From an uncultured Gemmatimonadota bacterium (GTDB lineage Bacteria; Gemmatimonadota; Gemmatimonadetes; Palauibacterales; Palauibacteraceae): a stretch of DNA of 64,000 nt. Made by a program: the position numbers and the translations under genes. The notes beneath the pieces were generated by a model. It ran no database searches. It saw only the letters and a list, made by a program, of their open reading frames with translations, and was not told where the DNA came from. How positions within the stretch are numbered: position 1 is the stretch's first letter; each line of letters starts with the position of its first letter. This document shows positions 1 through 8,951 of this stretch, in pieces. The DNA is taken from NCBI GenBank assembly GCA_964499635.1, contig CAZCLY010000005.1, positions 14,106 through 78,105 of the forward strand. The letters run 5' to 3'.

Positions 1-1361
1 CGGTCCTCGCGGTCATCGCCTGCCTGGCCGCCACCGTCGAGACGCCCGCGGTGCTGGCACGCCAGCGCGCCGAGCGGCTGACGGCCGACGGCCCCCACCC
101 CAACGTACTCCTCATCATCCTCGACACGGTGCGCGCCATGGAGCTCGGGGTGTACGGCTACGACCGGCCGACCACGCCCAACCTCGACGATTGGGCCGGA
201 CGCGGCATCGTGTTCGACAACGCGTACTCGACGGCCCCGTGGACCCTCACCTCGCACGTGGGCATCCTGACCGGGCGGTACCCGTTCGAGACCCCGGCCG
301 GCTTCCAGCACACCCTCGACGACCGATACGCCACCCTCGCCGAGGTCCTCCGGGACCAGGGCTACGACACGGGCGGCTTCGTCGCCAACCTGATGTATAC
401 CACCGAGACATCGGGTCTGGATCGGGGATTCCTGTGGTACCAGGACCAGCCGCGCACCCCGGGATGGTCGTGGGGCACGTCCTGGTTGTCCGGAGTGCTC
501 GTGAGCCGCACGGGGCTGTCGCGATGGCTCCAGCCCGAGCGGAAGACGGCCCCGTACATCACGGACGAGTTCCTGACGTGGGTCGAGAGGCGGGATCGGC
601 CGTTCTTCGCCTTCCTGAACTACATGGATGCGCACAACGACTACGTGTCGCCCCCCGCCTACCGCCGCCGGTTCGGCGCGCCGCTCACCCTCCCCCCGTG
701 GCCGGACACGATCTCGCTCGAGACCACGCGGCCCTTCCGGGACGCCTACGATGCCTCGATCGCCTACATCGATGCCCAGCTCGGTCGGCTGTTCGCCCGG
801 CTGTCCGAGTCGGGAGTCCTCGACCACACGGTGGTGATCATCGCGTCCGACCACGGGGAGATGTTCGGGGAGCACGGGCTGTTCAACCACGCGAACGGAC
901 TGTACACGCCGCTGCTGCACGTCCCGCTGATCGTCCTCGAGCCCGATGGGGCGCGCGCGGGCCTGCGGATCCCGGACTACGCGACCCTGCGCGACCTGCC
1001 CGCGACCATCCTCGACCTTGCGGGGATCGACGGGGCCGGGCTCCCCGGCGAATCACTCGCCCGCTTCTGGGGCGGGAGCGCCGATCCGGCGAGGCCGGCC
1101 GTATCGCCGCTGTACGCGGAGCTCGAGAAGTACGAGTTCACCGAGCCCGGGAGCCGATCGATCCTGGGCGACATGAGGACGCTCGTGCGCGATGGGTTCC
1201 AGGTGATCCTGAACGGCGACGGCTCGATCGAGCTGTACGACCTGCGGCGCGATCCCGGGCAGCACGACGACCTGAGCGACGTGCCCGAGTTTCGCGCGCT
1301 GTGCGACAGTCTGCTCGCCCGACTCGAGGCCGCGGCCCGGGCAGGGCAGCAGTCGCGATGA
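1..1361 (+). CDS. Sulfatase-family (alkaline-phosphatase superfamily) enzyme, 5' end outside the window. The formylglycine motif CxPxR is replaced by T-L-T-S-H (Thr at the nucleophile position), so it is probably a phosphoesterase or phosphotransferase-type rather than a true sulfatase.
   Basis: The ORF frame continues upstream of the M at 51 (codons 3-50 translate to a hydrophobic VLAVIACLAATV signal/TM-like segment). Sulfatase N-terminal motifs LLIILDTVRAxE, TPNLDxxA, NAYSTAP..ILTGRYP and the C-terminal SDHGEMFGEHG are present, with high GC3 codon bias. Confidence 0.8.
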   Translation, partial: VLAVIACLAATVETPAVLARQRAERLTADGPHPNVLLIILDTVRAMELGVYGYDRPTTPNLDDWAGRGIVFDNAYSTAPWTLTSHVGILTGRYPFETPAGFQHTLDDRYATLAEVLRDQGYDTGGFVANLMYTTETSGLDRGFLWYQDQPRTPGWSWGTSWLSGVLVSRTGLSRWLQPERKTAPYITDEFLTWVERRDRPFFAFLNYMDAHNDYVSPPAYRRRFGAPLTLPPWPDTISLETTRPFRDAYDASIAYIDAQLGRLFARLSESGVLDHTVVIIASDHGEMFGEHGLFNHANGLYTPLLHVPLIVLEPDGARAGLRIPDYATLRDLPATILDLAGIDGAGLPGESLARFWGGSADPARPAVSPLYAELEKYEFTEPGSRSILGDMRTLVRDGFQVILNGDGSIELYDLRRDPGQHDDLSDVPEFRALCDSLLARLEAAARAGQQSR

Positions 1362-2896
1362 ACGGTGAGCGCCGGGTCCTCATGCTCGGGCTCGACGCCG
1401 CCGAGCCCGAGCTCGTCGAGCGGTGGGCCGACGATGGGTTCCTGCCCCGGCTCGCGAAGCTGCGTTCAGAGGGGATGTACGGACGCCTCCAGCCGCTCGA
1501 TGCGGTGGGGCTGGGCCCTCCCTGGCCGTCCTTCTACACGAGCACGTCGGCGTCCGAGCACGGCCTGTACACGTACATGATCTGGTCACCGGAGCGCATG
1601 ACGGAGCTGCGGCCCGACCCCCGGGTGCTCCCGCTCCGCCCGTTCTGGCGTGACCTCGGACCCGACGGTCCCCGGGTGGTCGCGATGGACGTGCCCCTCG
1701 TGTACGCCCCCGAGCCGTTCGGAGGGGTGGAGGTGAGCGGGTGGGCGACGCACGAGCGCTTCAGCCCCATCAGCGCGACACCCGCCGATCTCGTGCGGCG
1801 CATCGAGCACCGCTTCGGCGCTGCTCCCTTCCTCCCCGAGGTGCATGCGCGGGTCGACCTGAAGCGTCTGCTCGAGGAGCGGGACGTCCTCGTTCAGGCG
1901 ACCGATCGGGCGGGTGGCCTGGCCACCGAGCTCCTGGGGAGCGAGCCCTGGGACCTGGGGATCGTCTGCCTGTCCGCCGCGCACCGCGCGGGGCACAAGC
2001 TGTGGAGCGAGGCGGGAAGCGCGGGCCGGGGCACAGCGGCGGAACGGGTCGCCTTCGCCGGAGCGCTCCGCGATGTCTACGTCGCGCTCGACCGGGCAGT
2101 GGGATGCGTGCTCGAGCACGCGGGCCCCGACACGACGGTCCTGGTGTTCGCCCTCCACGGAATGGGCCCCAACGGCTCCCTGGTCGATCTCCTGCCGGAG
2201 ATGGTGGAGGCGGTCCTCGGTGCGGAAGGCGGAACGGCGAGCCGTAGCTCGTGGCTCGGGCGCGCGCGCGGCGCGGTGCCGCGCCGCTGGCGTGACGAGG
2301 TGAAGCGGAAGATGCCGCTCGCCGTCCAGGACCGCCTGGGCTCGTTCTGGCGCACATCGCGGCTCGACTGGTCCCGTACGCGGGCGTTCTGCCTCGCGGG
2401 AGACCTGCACGGCTTTATCCGTCTGAACGTCCGCGGACGCGAGGCGCGAGGCATCGTCGAGCCGGGGGCCGAATACGCCGAGCTGTGCCGCCGGCTTACC
2501 GACGGCCTGTCGACGTTCGTCGACGTCCGCACGGGCCGACCGGTGGTGGCGCGTGTGCTTCGCCGCGACGAGCTGTCGTCCGACGGTCGGCCCGTGGCGG
2601 ACCTGCCGGATCTGACCGTCGTGTGGGAGGACCATCCCGCCTGCGAGCGGGACGAGGTCCGCTCCGAGGCCTTCGGATCGGTGCGCTGGCCCGCCCCCGG
2701 GGCGTACCCGGACGGGCGGAGCGGCAACCACCGCCCGGAGGGGTTCGCCGTGGCTCGAGGCCCGGGGTTCGAGGCCGGCGAGCTTCCGCCCGACGCCACG
2801 GTGCTCGACCTCGCGCCCACGGCGCTCGACCTGCTCGGCCTGGATCCGCTCCCGGGCATGCGCGGCCGATCGCTGAGAGGCCGGCGCCCCGCCTGA
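1358..2896 (+). CDS. Type I phosphodiesterase / nucleotide pyrophosphatase-like (AlkP superfamily) protein
   Basis: The ATG at 1358 overlaps the upstream stop (ATGA). The translation MNGERRVLMLGLDAAEPELVERWADDGFLPRLAKL...TSASEHGLYTYMIW is typical of the AlkP-core phosphodiesterase family. The longer 191..2896 ORF is a frame artefact. Confidence 0.7.
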   Translation: MNGERRVLMLGLDAAEPELVERWADDGFLPRLAKLRSEGMYGRLQPLDAVGLGPPWPSFYTSTSASEHGLYTYMIWSPERMTELRPDPRVLPLRPFWRDLGPDGPRVVAMDVPLVYAPEPFGGVEVSGWATHERFSPISATPADLVRRIEHRFGAAPFLPEVHARVDLKRLLEERDVLVQATDRAGGLATELLGSEPWDLGIVCLSAAHRAGHKLWSEAGSAGRGTAAERVAFAGALRDVYVALDRAVGCVLEHAGPDTTVLVFALHGMGPNGSLVDLLPEMVEAVLGAEGGTASRSSWLGRARGAVPRRWRDEVKRKMPLAVQDRLGSFWRTSRLDWSRTRAFCLAGDLHGFIRLNVRGREARGIVEPGAEYAELCRRLTDGLSTFVDVRTGRPVVARVLRRDELSSDGRPVADLPDLTVVWEDHPACERDEVRSEAFGSVRWPAPGAYPDGRSGNHRPEGFAVARGPGFEAGELPPDATVLDLAPTALDLLGLDPLPGMRGRSLRGRRPA

Positions 2897-2939
2897 CCTC
2901 GCTGGACAACGGCCCTCCGCGCCTCGAGACTGACCACCC

Positions 2940-3869
2940 ATGAGCGAAGGCGGCCGGGCGCTGTACGCGGGGGTCGAGCTGGGCGGGACGAACGTCGTGT
3001 TCGGCGTGGGCCACGCCGACGGCACCCTCCTCGACCGTCGACAGATGAGCACCCTGGATCCGGACACGACGCTCAGGGGGATCGCTCGGGGGCTCGATGA
3101 GCTGGCCGGACGCTTCGGCCCCGCGCGCGGGCTCGGCATCGCCACCTTCGGACCGGTGCGGCTCGACCCCACGGCCCGCGACTACGGCTCGATCGGTCGC
3201 ACGCCGAAAACGGCCTGGCGCGACGTGAACGTGCTCCAAGAGCTCGGCTCGCGGTTCGGCGGCCCCGTCGACATCCAGACCGACGTCATCGGTGCGGCGA
3301 TCGGCGAGGCGACCTGGGGGGCGGGGCGAGGTCGGGATCCGTTCGTCTACATCACCGTGGGCACGGGGATCGGGGCGGGCGTTCTCGTCCACGGCCGGCC
3401 CATCACCGGGCTCCTGCACCCCGAGGCGGGGCATTTACGCGCGCCGCGCGCCCCGGGGGATGCGTATCCGGGCGGGTGCGAGTTCCATCGTGACTGCATC
3501 GAAGGGCTGGCCGCGGGCCCGAGCATCGTCGCGCGCTGGGGCGGGCGGCTGGAAGAGCTTGACCCGGACCATCCCGCATACGAGCTGATCGCCCACTACC
3601 TGTCCCACCTGGTCACCGACATCGTCCTGTGCGTCGCGCCGCGCGGGATCGTCCTCGGGGGCGGCGTGATGACGAACCTCGGGCTGTTTCCGGCGATCCG
3701 GGCGGGGGTGCAGCGCCTGCTGGGCGGTTACCTGGAGGTCGAGGAGCTCGCGGAGCGGGTGGGGGAGTTCATCGTGCCGCCCGGCCTCGGCCCGGATGCG
3801 GGGGTGCTGGGTGCCATCGAGGTGGGCAGAAACGCGGCGGAGATCGGGCGCGCCGCCCGCGATCCCTGA
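2940..3869 (+). CDS. ROK-family sugar kinase (glucokinase/fructokinase-like; no N-terminal HTH, so not a ROK repressor)
   Basis: It has the N-terminal ATP-binding motif GVELGGTNVVFGV, DIQTDVIGAAIGE, the ROK zinc motif GGCEFHRDCIEG, and a length (309 aa) typical of ROK kinases. Confidence 0.8.
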   Translation: MSEGGRALYAGVELGGTNVVFGVGHADGTLLDRRQMSTLDPDTTLRGIARGLDELAGRFGPARGLGIATFGPVRLDPTARDYGSIGRTPKTAWRDVNVLQELGSRFGGPVDIQTDVIGAAIGEATWGAGRGRDPFVYITVGTGIGAGVLVHGRPITGLLHPEAGHLRAPRAPGDAYPGGCEFHRDCIEGLAAGPSIVARWGGRLEELDPDHPAYELIAHYLSHLVTDIVLCVAPRGIVLGGGVMTNLGLFPAIRAGVQRLLGGYLEVEELAERVGEFIVPPGLGPDAGVLGAIEVGRNAAEIGRAARDP

Positions 3870-4184
3870 GCGCCCCCGCACGCCGAGGTCGGCGCGCCCC
3901 GTCGGGACAAAACGGCTCGTTTGTCGGGGGGCCTTGCGGCTCGTCCGAGCCCCCCCCTACTGTCATTGGCCACAGAGCTACGAGTTCAGTTCGGGGCGCT
4001 GCATGGGTTCTGTGCGGGGCCCCCTTTTTTTCGATTCAGGACCTTGATGTCAGGTCACGCGCGATCTCGGTCGTGCGTGGAACGCGGACGGGTTCCGCCC
4101 GGTCGGGATGGGAGCGGGGCGACGCGGTGGAGCCGCGTCGGGGAGCGGAGTGACGTCCGTAGCCCAGACCGCTGGAGGGTACCT

Positions 4185-7100
4185 ATGTCGATGGCTCGTA
4201 GGCTGCTTGTCGGATTCCTCGCCAGCTTGTTCGTGACGGCCGGCTCTCTCACTGCACAGGACGGCAGCGTCAGGGGCCGGGTCGTGGACGCCATGACCCT
4301 CGCGCCCATCGTTGGCGCCAGCGTGTCGATCGAAGGGCTCCCCATCGGGACTCTCACGGGCGAGGGCGGCACCTACGAGTTCGCCGCCCCCCCCGGGACC
4401 CACCAGGTTCGCGCCACGCTGATCGGCTACGCCCCCGATGCCCAGGAAGTGACCGTGACGGCGGGTCAGGCCGTCACGGCGGACTTCGAGCTCCAGATCC
4501 AGGCGATCGTGATGGAGGAGATCGTCACCACCGGGTACGGAGTGCAGCGTCGCCTCGCGATCACGGGGTCGATCGCCACCGTGAACGCGGACGATGCGGA
4601 TGTCGGCGTGATCTCGAACGTGAATCAGATGATCGAGGGCCGCGTGCCGGGTCTGACCGTGACCCAGAACACCGGCGAGCCCGGGGCCGGCGCGCAGATC
4701 CGGATCCGGGGCGGGACGTCGATCAGCGCCAGCAACGAGCCGCTGTACGTCATCGACGGCGTCCCGATCCAGAACGTCGCGACCGAGCCGTCGGGAATCG
4801 GCGTGGGCGGCGATCCGTCGCTTCCGCGCAGCCCGCTCAACCTGCTCAATCCGTCGGACATCAAGTCGATCACGGTCCTCAAGGACGCGTCCGCGGCGGC
4901 CATCTACGGGTCGCGCGCCGCCAACGGCGTCATCCTGATCGAGACCAAGGGCGGTCAGCCGGGCCAGGTGAGCATCGAGTACGACGGCTACGCGTCGATC
5001 TCGTCACCTTCCAGTCATCTCAACGTCCTTGACGGCGGCGAGTACCGCCAGTTCATCCAGAGCCAGGTATCGGCCGGTGTGCTGGATGCGAGCCGACTCG
5101 ACGGGCTGGGCGCCGCGAACACCAATTGGGAGCAGGCGGTCACGCGCTCGGCCCTGACTCACAACCACAACCTGACGTTCACGGGCGGGACCCAGGCGAC
5201 CCGGTTCCGGGCCTCGCTCAACTACATGAACCAGGAGGGCATAGCGCTGAACAACGGATTCCAGCGCTACCAGGGCCGGCTCAACGGAACGCACACCGCG
5301 TTCGACGACCGACTCCGTCTGGACCTCAACCTCACCAGCTCGCACATCGAGAACAATTACCTGTCGGCCCAGAACGGGGGCGGGTTCGAGGGTGACGTGT
5401 TCCAGAACATGGTCATCTTCAACCCGACCGAGCCGATCATGGTCACCGACCCGGAGACGGGGCTGCAAAGCTTCTTCGAGATCGGGACCGGCGCCCAGTC
5501 GGTCCGCAATCCCGTGGCGATGGCCGAGCAGCTCCAGGACCAGGCCAGCACGACCCGGACGCTGGGGAGCCTCAAGACCACGTTCGAGCTCGGCTCCGGC
5601 CTTTCGGCGCAGGCGATCCTCGGTGTCGACCGCTCCGAGGGAACGCGACGGACCTACTTCCCCGCGGCGAACCCCGTGGGGGCCCAGTTCAACGGGCTCG
5701 CGCGCCAGGTGGGCCGTGACAAGACGGACCTCACCTTCCAGGGTCTCCTGACGTGGCAGGGTCAGATCGCCGATCAGCAGTCCCTCGAGATCGTCGGGGG
5801 CTACGAGGCCGCCGACTACCAGATCCGGGAGTTCGGGGCGGAGTCCCGTGACTTCCTCACCGACGCGTTCGGGTTCAGCAACCTGGGCGCCGGGGGTGTC
5901 ACGCAGCGTCCGTTCTCTTGGGAGGAGGACAGCCGGCTCGTCTCCGTCCTGTCGCGCGCCAACTGGAGCTACAAGGACCGCTACTTCCTGACGGCGGTGG
6001 CGCGCTACGATGGATCCTCACGGTTCGGAGCCGGGAACAAGTGGGCCTTCTTCCCGGGCATCTCCGGGGCATGGCGTCTGAGCGAGGAGGACTTCCTCGC
6101 CGGCGGCCCGTTCTCCGAGCTCCGGCTGCGCGTCGGGTGGGGTAAGCAGGGCAACCAGGCCGTTCCCCCGTACTCTTCGCTGATCGTGCTCGAGACCAAC
6201 GACGGCGCACGGTACGTGTTCGGGAACTCCGCCTTCACCGGCGTGGCTCCCGTGCGGAACCCCAACCCGAACCTGAAGTGGGAGCAGACGACGCAGATCA
6301 ACGTCGGCCTCGACTTCGGGTTCGACAACAACCTGTTCTCGGGCTCGATCGAGTACTACCGGAAGAACACGTCCGACCTGCTGCTCACGGTCCCGGTGGC
6401 GCAGCCCGCCGTCGTCTCCGATCGGCTGGAGAACATCGGCAAGGTCCGCAATACCGGGGTCGAGGCCTCGCTCGACGCGGTGCTGATCAACCGCAGCGGT
6501 CTCAACTGGCAGGCGGGATTCGTGCTCGGCATGAACCGCAACGAGGTCGTCGATCTCGGCGGTCGATCGTTCATCGCGACCGGCGGCGTGAGCGGTCAGG
6601 GTCAGAGCGGTCAGGTGTCGCAGCGGATCATCCCGGGCGAGCCGCTCGGCACCTTCTACGGACCCGAGTACGCCGGCGTCGACGACCAGGGCCGGCAGCT
6701 GTTCAACGACTACGACGACAACGGCCAGCTCACGGGGACCCATACCACCCCGGAAGCCAACGACTTCCGGGTCCTCGGGGACGCGAACCCCGATTTCTCG
6801 ATGGGTATCACCAGCAAGCTGGACATGGGCCGGTTCGACGCGAGCGTGTTCGTCCGCGCCGACGTGGGTCAGGACGTGTTCAACAACACGGCGCTCGTCT
6901 ACAGCACGAAGGGCAACGCGCTCCAGGACAAGAACTTCCTGCGCTCGGCGCTCAGCGATCCGATCGGCATCTTCGAGCCGGCCATCTACTCGTCGCGCTG
7001 GATCGAAAGCGGGTCGTTCGTGCGGCTCCAGAACCTCACACTCGGCTACCGGCTCGACCTGCCGGCCTCGTTCGGGATCAAGTCGGCACGCATCTACGCC

Positions 7101-7247
7101 TCGGCCGACAACCTGTTCCTGCTCACCGGCTACAGCGGCTACGACCCCGAGGTCCACGTCGAATCGGGGCTGGCCTCGCGCGGGATCGATTATCTCGCCT
7201 ATCCGCGTTCGCGAACGTTCACGTTCGGCCTCCAGATCGGGTCATGA
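4185..7247 (+). CDS. susC: SusC/RagA-family TonB-dependent outer-membrane transporter
   Basis: It has a signal peptide (MSMARRLLVGFLASLFVTAGSLTAQ), an N-terminal carboxypeptidase-regulatory-like segment (VRGRVVDAMTLAPIVGASVSIEG) and a plug domain (EPLYVIDGVPI...IKSITVLKDASAAAIYGSRAANGVILIETK). The C-terminal barrel ends in F, and the gene lies immediately upstream of a SusD-like gene. Confidence 0.9.
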   Translation: MSMARRLLVGFLASLFVTAGSLTAQDGSVRGRVVDAMTLAPIVGASVSIEGLPIGTLTGEGGTYEFAAPPGTHQVRATLIGYAPDAQEVTVTAGQAVTADFELQIQAIVMEEIVTTGYGVQRRLAITGSIATVNADDADVGVISNVNQMIEGRVPGLTVTQNTGEPGAGAQIRIRGGTSISASNEPLYVIDGVPIQNVATEPSGIGVGGDPSLPRSPLNLLNPSDIKSITVLKDASAAAIYGSRAANGVILIETKGGQPGQVSIEYDGYASISSPSSHLNVLDGGEYRQFIQSQVSAGVLDASRLDGLGAANTNWEQAVTRSALTHNHNLTFTGGTQATRFRASLNYMNQEGIALNNGFQRYQGRLNGTHTAFDDRLRLDLNLTSSHIENNYLSAQNGGGFEGDVFQNMVIFNPTEPIMVTDPETGLQSFFEIGTGAQSVRNPVAMAEQLQDQASTTRTLGSLKTTFELGSGLSAQAILGVDRSEGTRRTYFPAANPVGAQFNGLARQVGRDKTDLTFQGLLTWQGQIADQQSLEIVGGYEAADYQIREFGAESRDFLTDAFGFSNLGAGGVTQRPFSWEEDSRLVSVLSRANWSYKDRYFLTAVARYDGSSRFGAGNKWAFFPGISGAWRLSEEDFLAGGPFSELRLRVGWGKQGNQAVPPYSSLIVLETNDGARYVFGNSAFTGVAPVRNPNPNLKWEQTTQINVGLDFGFDNNLFSGSIEYYRKNTSDLLLTVPVAQPAVVSDRLENIGKVRNTGVEASLDAVLINRSGLNWQAGFVLGMNRNEVVDLGGRSFIATGGVSGQGQSGQVSQRIIPGEPLGTFYGPEYAGVDDQGRQLFNDYDDNGQLTGTHTTPEANDFRVLGDANPDFSMGITSKLDMGRFDASVFVRADVGQDVFNNTALVYSTKGNALQDKNFLRSALSDPIGIFEPAIYSSRWIESGSFVRLQNLTLGYRLDLPASFGIKSARIYASADNLFLLTGYSGYDPEVHVESGLASRGIDYLAYPRSRTFTFGLQIGS

Positions 7248-7308
7248 CACCGGGAGTATCGTGTCGCCGCGATCCGTACGCCGAACGCAGTAGAAGCAAG
7301 GAGGAGGT

Positions 7309-8871
7309 ATGAGGAAACCAGGTTCGCGATTCTCGACCCGTCGGCGGGAGGGGCTTCTGCCGCTCGCGCTTCTCCTGCCGGTGCTGGGCGCCACACAGGG
7401 GTGCTCGCTGGATGAGAGCCCGGTCAGCGCCATCACGCCCGACAACTACTACCAGAACGAACAGGAGGTCCTCGGCGGCGTGACCGCCGCGTACGCCGAG
7501 CTCAGGAACACGCTGTGGGGCTACTACAACCTGAGCGAGATCAGCACCGACGAGATGGTCGTGCCCACGCGCGGGCAGGACTGGTTCGACAACGGGCGCT
7601 GGATCGAGATCCACGAGCAGAACTGGTCCGCCAACAGCCCGGCGGGTCTCGACGACATCAACGGGACGTGGAACAACCTGTTCGCCGGGGTGGCGAAGTC
7701 GAACGTGGTGCTGGAGGCGATGGGCAACGTCACGGTGGCAAACCAGGACGTGTTCACCGCGGAGCTCCGGGCGCTGCGGGCGTTCTACTACTATCTGCTC
7801 ATGGACATGTTCGGGGGCGTCCCGATCGCCACCGACACCGAGATCCTGCCGCGCCCGCGGGCCACGCGCGCCGAGCTGTTCGACTTCATCGAGCAGGAGC
7901 TCCTCGATGTGCGGAGCAGCCTGCCGTTGAGCTGGCCCGCCGAGTACAACGGACGGTTCACGCAGGGCGCGGCCGACGCGATCCTCGCGAGCATGTACCT
8001 GAACGCCGAGGTGTTCACCGGCACGGTGGGCACGGGGGGTCTCCAGAAGGGCCAGGCCCGCTGGCAGGATGCGATCGACGCGGCGGATCGGGTGATCAAC
8101 TCCGGCGCCTACACCCTGGCGACGGACTGGATCTCGAACTTCACGCCGGACAACTACCTGTCGCCCGAGAACATCCTGGTCGTCAAGCACCTCCACGAGT
8201 CGGGTCTGGGGCTCAACTTCGTGATGCGGGCGCTGCACTACAATCACATCGGGAGCCCGACCCCGTGGAACGGCTTCTCCACCCTCGCATCCACCTATTT
8301 CTCGTTCGATCCGGACGACGAGCGGACGGAGATCTTCCTCGTCGGTCCGCAGGTGAACCTCGAGACCGGCCAGGCGATCAACGATCGCTCGGGCGCTCCG
8401 CTCATCATCGTCCCGACGATCGGCGACATTCACCAGGCCACCGAAGCGGAGGGCGCCCGGATCGTCAAATGGCGGCTGGACCCGGACCACGTGGCGGAGA
8501 ACAACAGCAACGACGTGGCCTACTTCCGTCTCGCGGAGATGTACCTGATCAAGGCCGAGGCCATGAACGAGCTCGGGAACACCGCCGCCGCGGTGGACCT
8601 CGTCAACATGGTGCGTGCGCGTGTGTTCCATCCGGCCAAGCCGCTGAGCGCGGCCAACTATACGCAGTCGACGTTCCGTGATCAGATCCTCCTGGAGCGG
8701 CTGTTCGAGCTCACGGCCGAGGCCAAGCGGCGACAGGATCTGATCCGGCACGGGAAGTACAGCGACACGTGGGAGTTCAAGGGACCCACCGATCCGTATC
8801 GGATGCTCATGCCGATTCCGCAGCCGCAGCTGGATACGAACCCGGAGCTTACGCAGAATCCGGGGTATTGA
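7309..8871 (+). CDS. susD: SusD/RagB-family nutrient-binding outer-membrane lipoprotein
   Basis: It has a lipoprotein signal with lipobox (LGATQGC), a ~520 aa TPR-like SusD fold sequence (YYYLLMDMFGGVPI, RFTQGAADAILASMYLN, AYFRLAEMYLIKAEA), and sits 62 nt downstream of SusC. Confidence 0.85.
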   Translation: MRKPGSRFSTRRREGLLPLALLLPVLGATQGCSLDESPVSAITPDNYYQNEQEVLGGVTAAYAELRNTLWGYYNLSEISTDEMVVPTRGQDWFDNGRWIEIHEQNWSANSPAGLDDINGTWNNLFAGVAKSNVVLEAMGNVTVANQDVFTAELRALRAFYYYLLMDMFGGVPIATDTEILPRPRATRAELFDFIEQELLDVRSSLPLSWPAEYNGRFTQGAADAILASMYLNAEVFTGTVGTGGLQKGQARWQDAIDAADRVINSGAYTLATDWISNFTPDNYLSPENILVVKHLHESGLGLNFVMRALHYNHIGSPTPWNGFSTLASTYFSFDPDDERTEIFLVGPQVNLETGQAINDRSGAPLIIVPTIGDIHQATEAEGARIVKWRLDPDHVAENNSNDVAYFRLAEMYLIKAEAMNELGNTAAAVDLVNMVRARVFHPAKPLSAANYTQSTFRDQILLERLFELTAEAKRRQDLIRHGKYSDTWEFKGPTDPYRMLMPIPQPQLDTNPELTQNPGY

Positions 8872-8907
8872 TTCGGTCGTGATCCGCACGGTCCACGAAT
8901 CGTGACG

Positions 8908-8939
8908 TCATGGCCCGCTCTCTCGGGGGCGGGCCATGA
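8908..8939 (+). terminator. Perfect 11-bp inverted repeat (TCATGGCCCGC-N10-GCGGGCCATGA) between susD stop and the CRTAC1 start; an RNA hairpin/attenuator candidate without U-tract
   Basis: The palindrome was read directly in the 80-nt SusD-CRTAC1 spacer. Confidence 0.35.
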
Positions 8940-8951
8940 CGCCCTCCTCCG

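Noticed and set aside
191-2896. 901-aa ORF spanning the sulfatase and phosphodiesterase genes
   Set aside because: It is an Arg/Pro/Gly-rich low-complexity translation in the +2 frame over the sulfatase. It only becomes meaningful at 1358, where the real phosphodiesterase starts, so it is a frame artefact typical of ~70% GC DNA.
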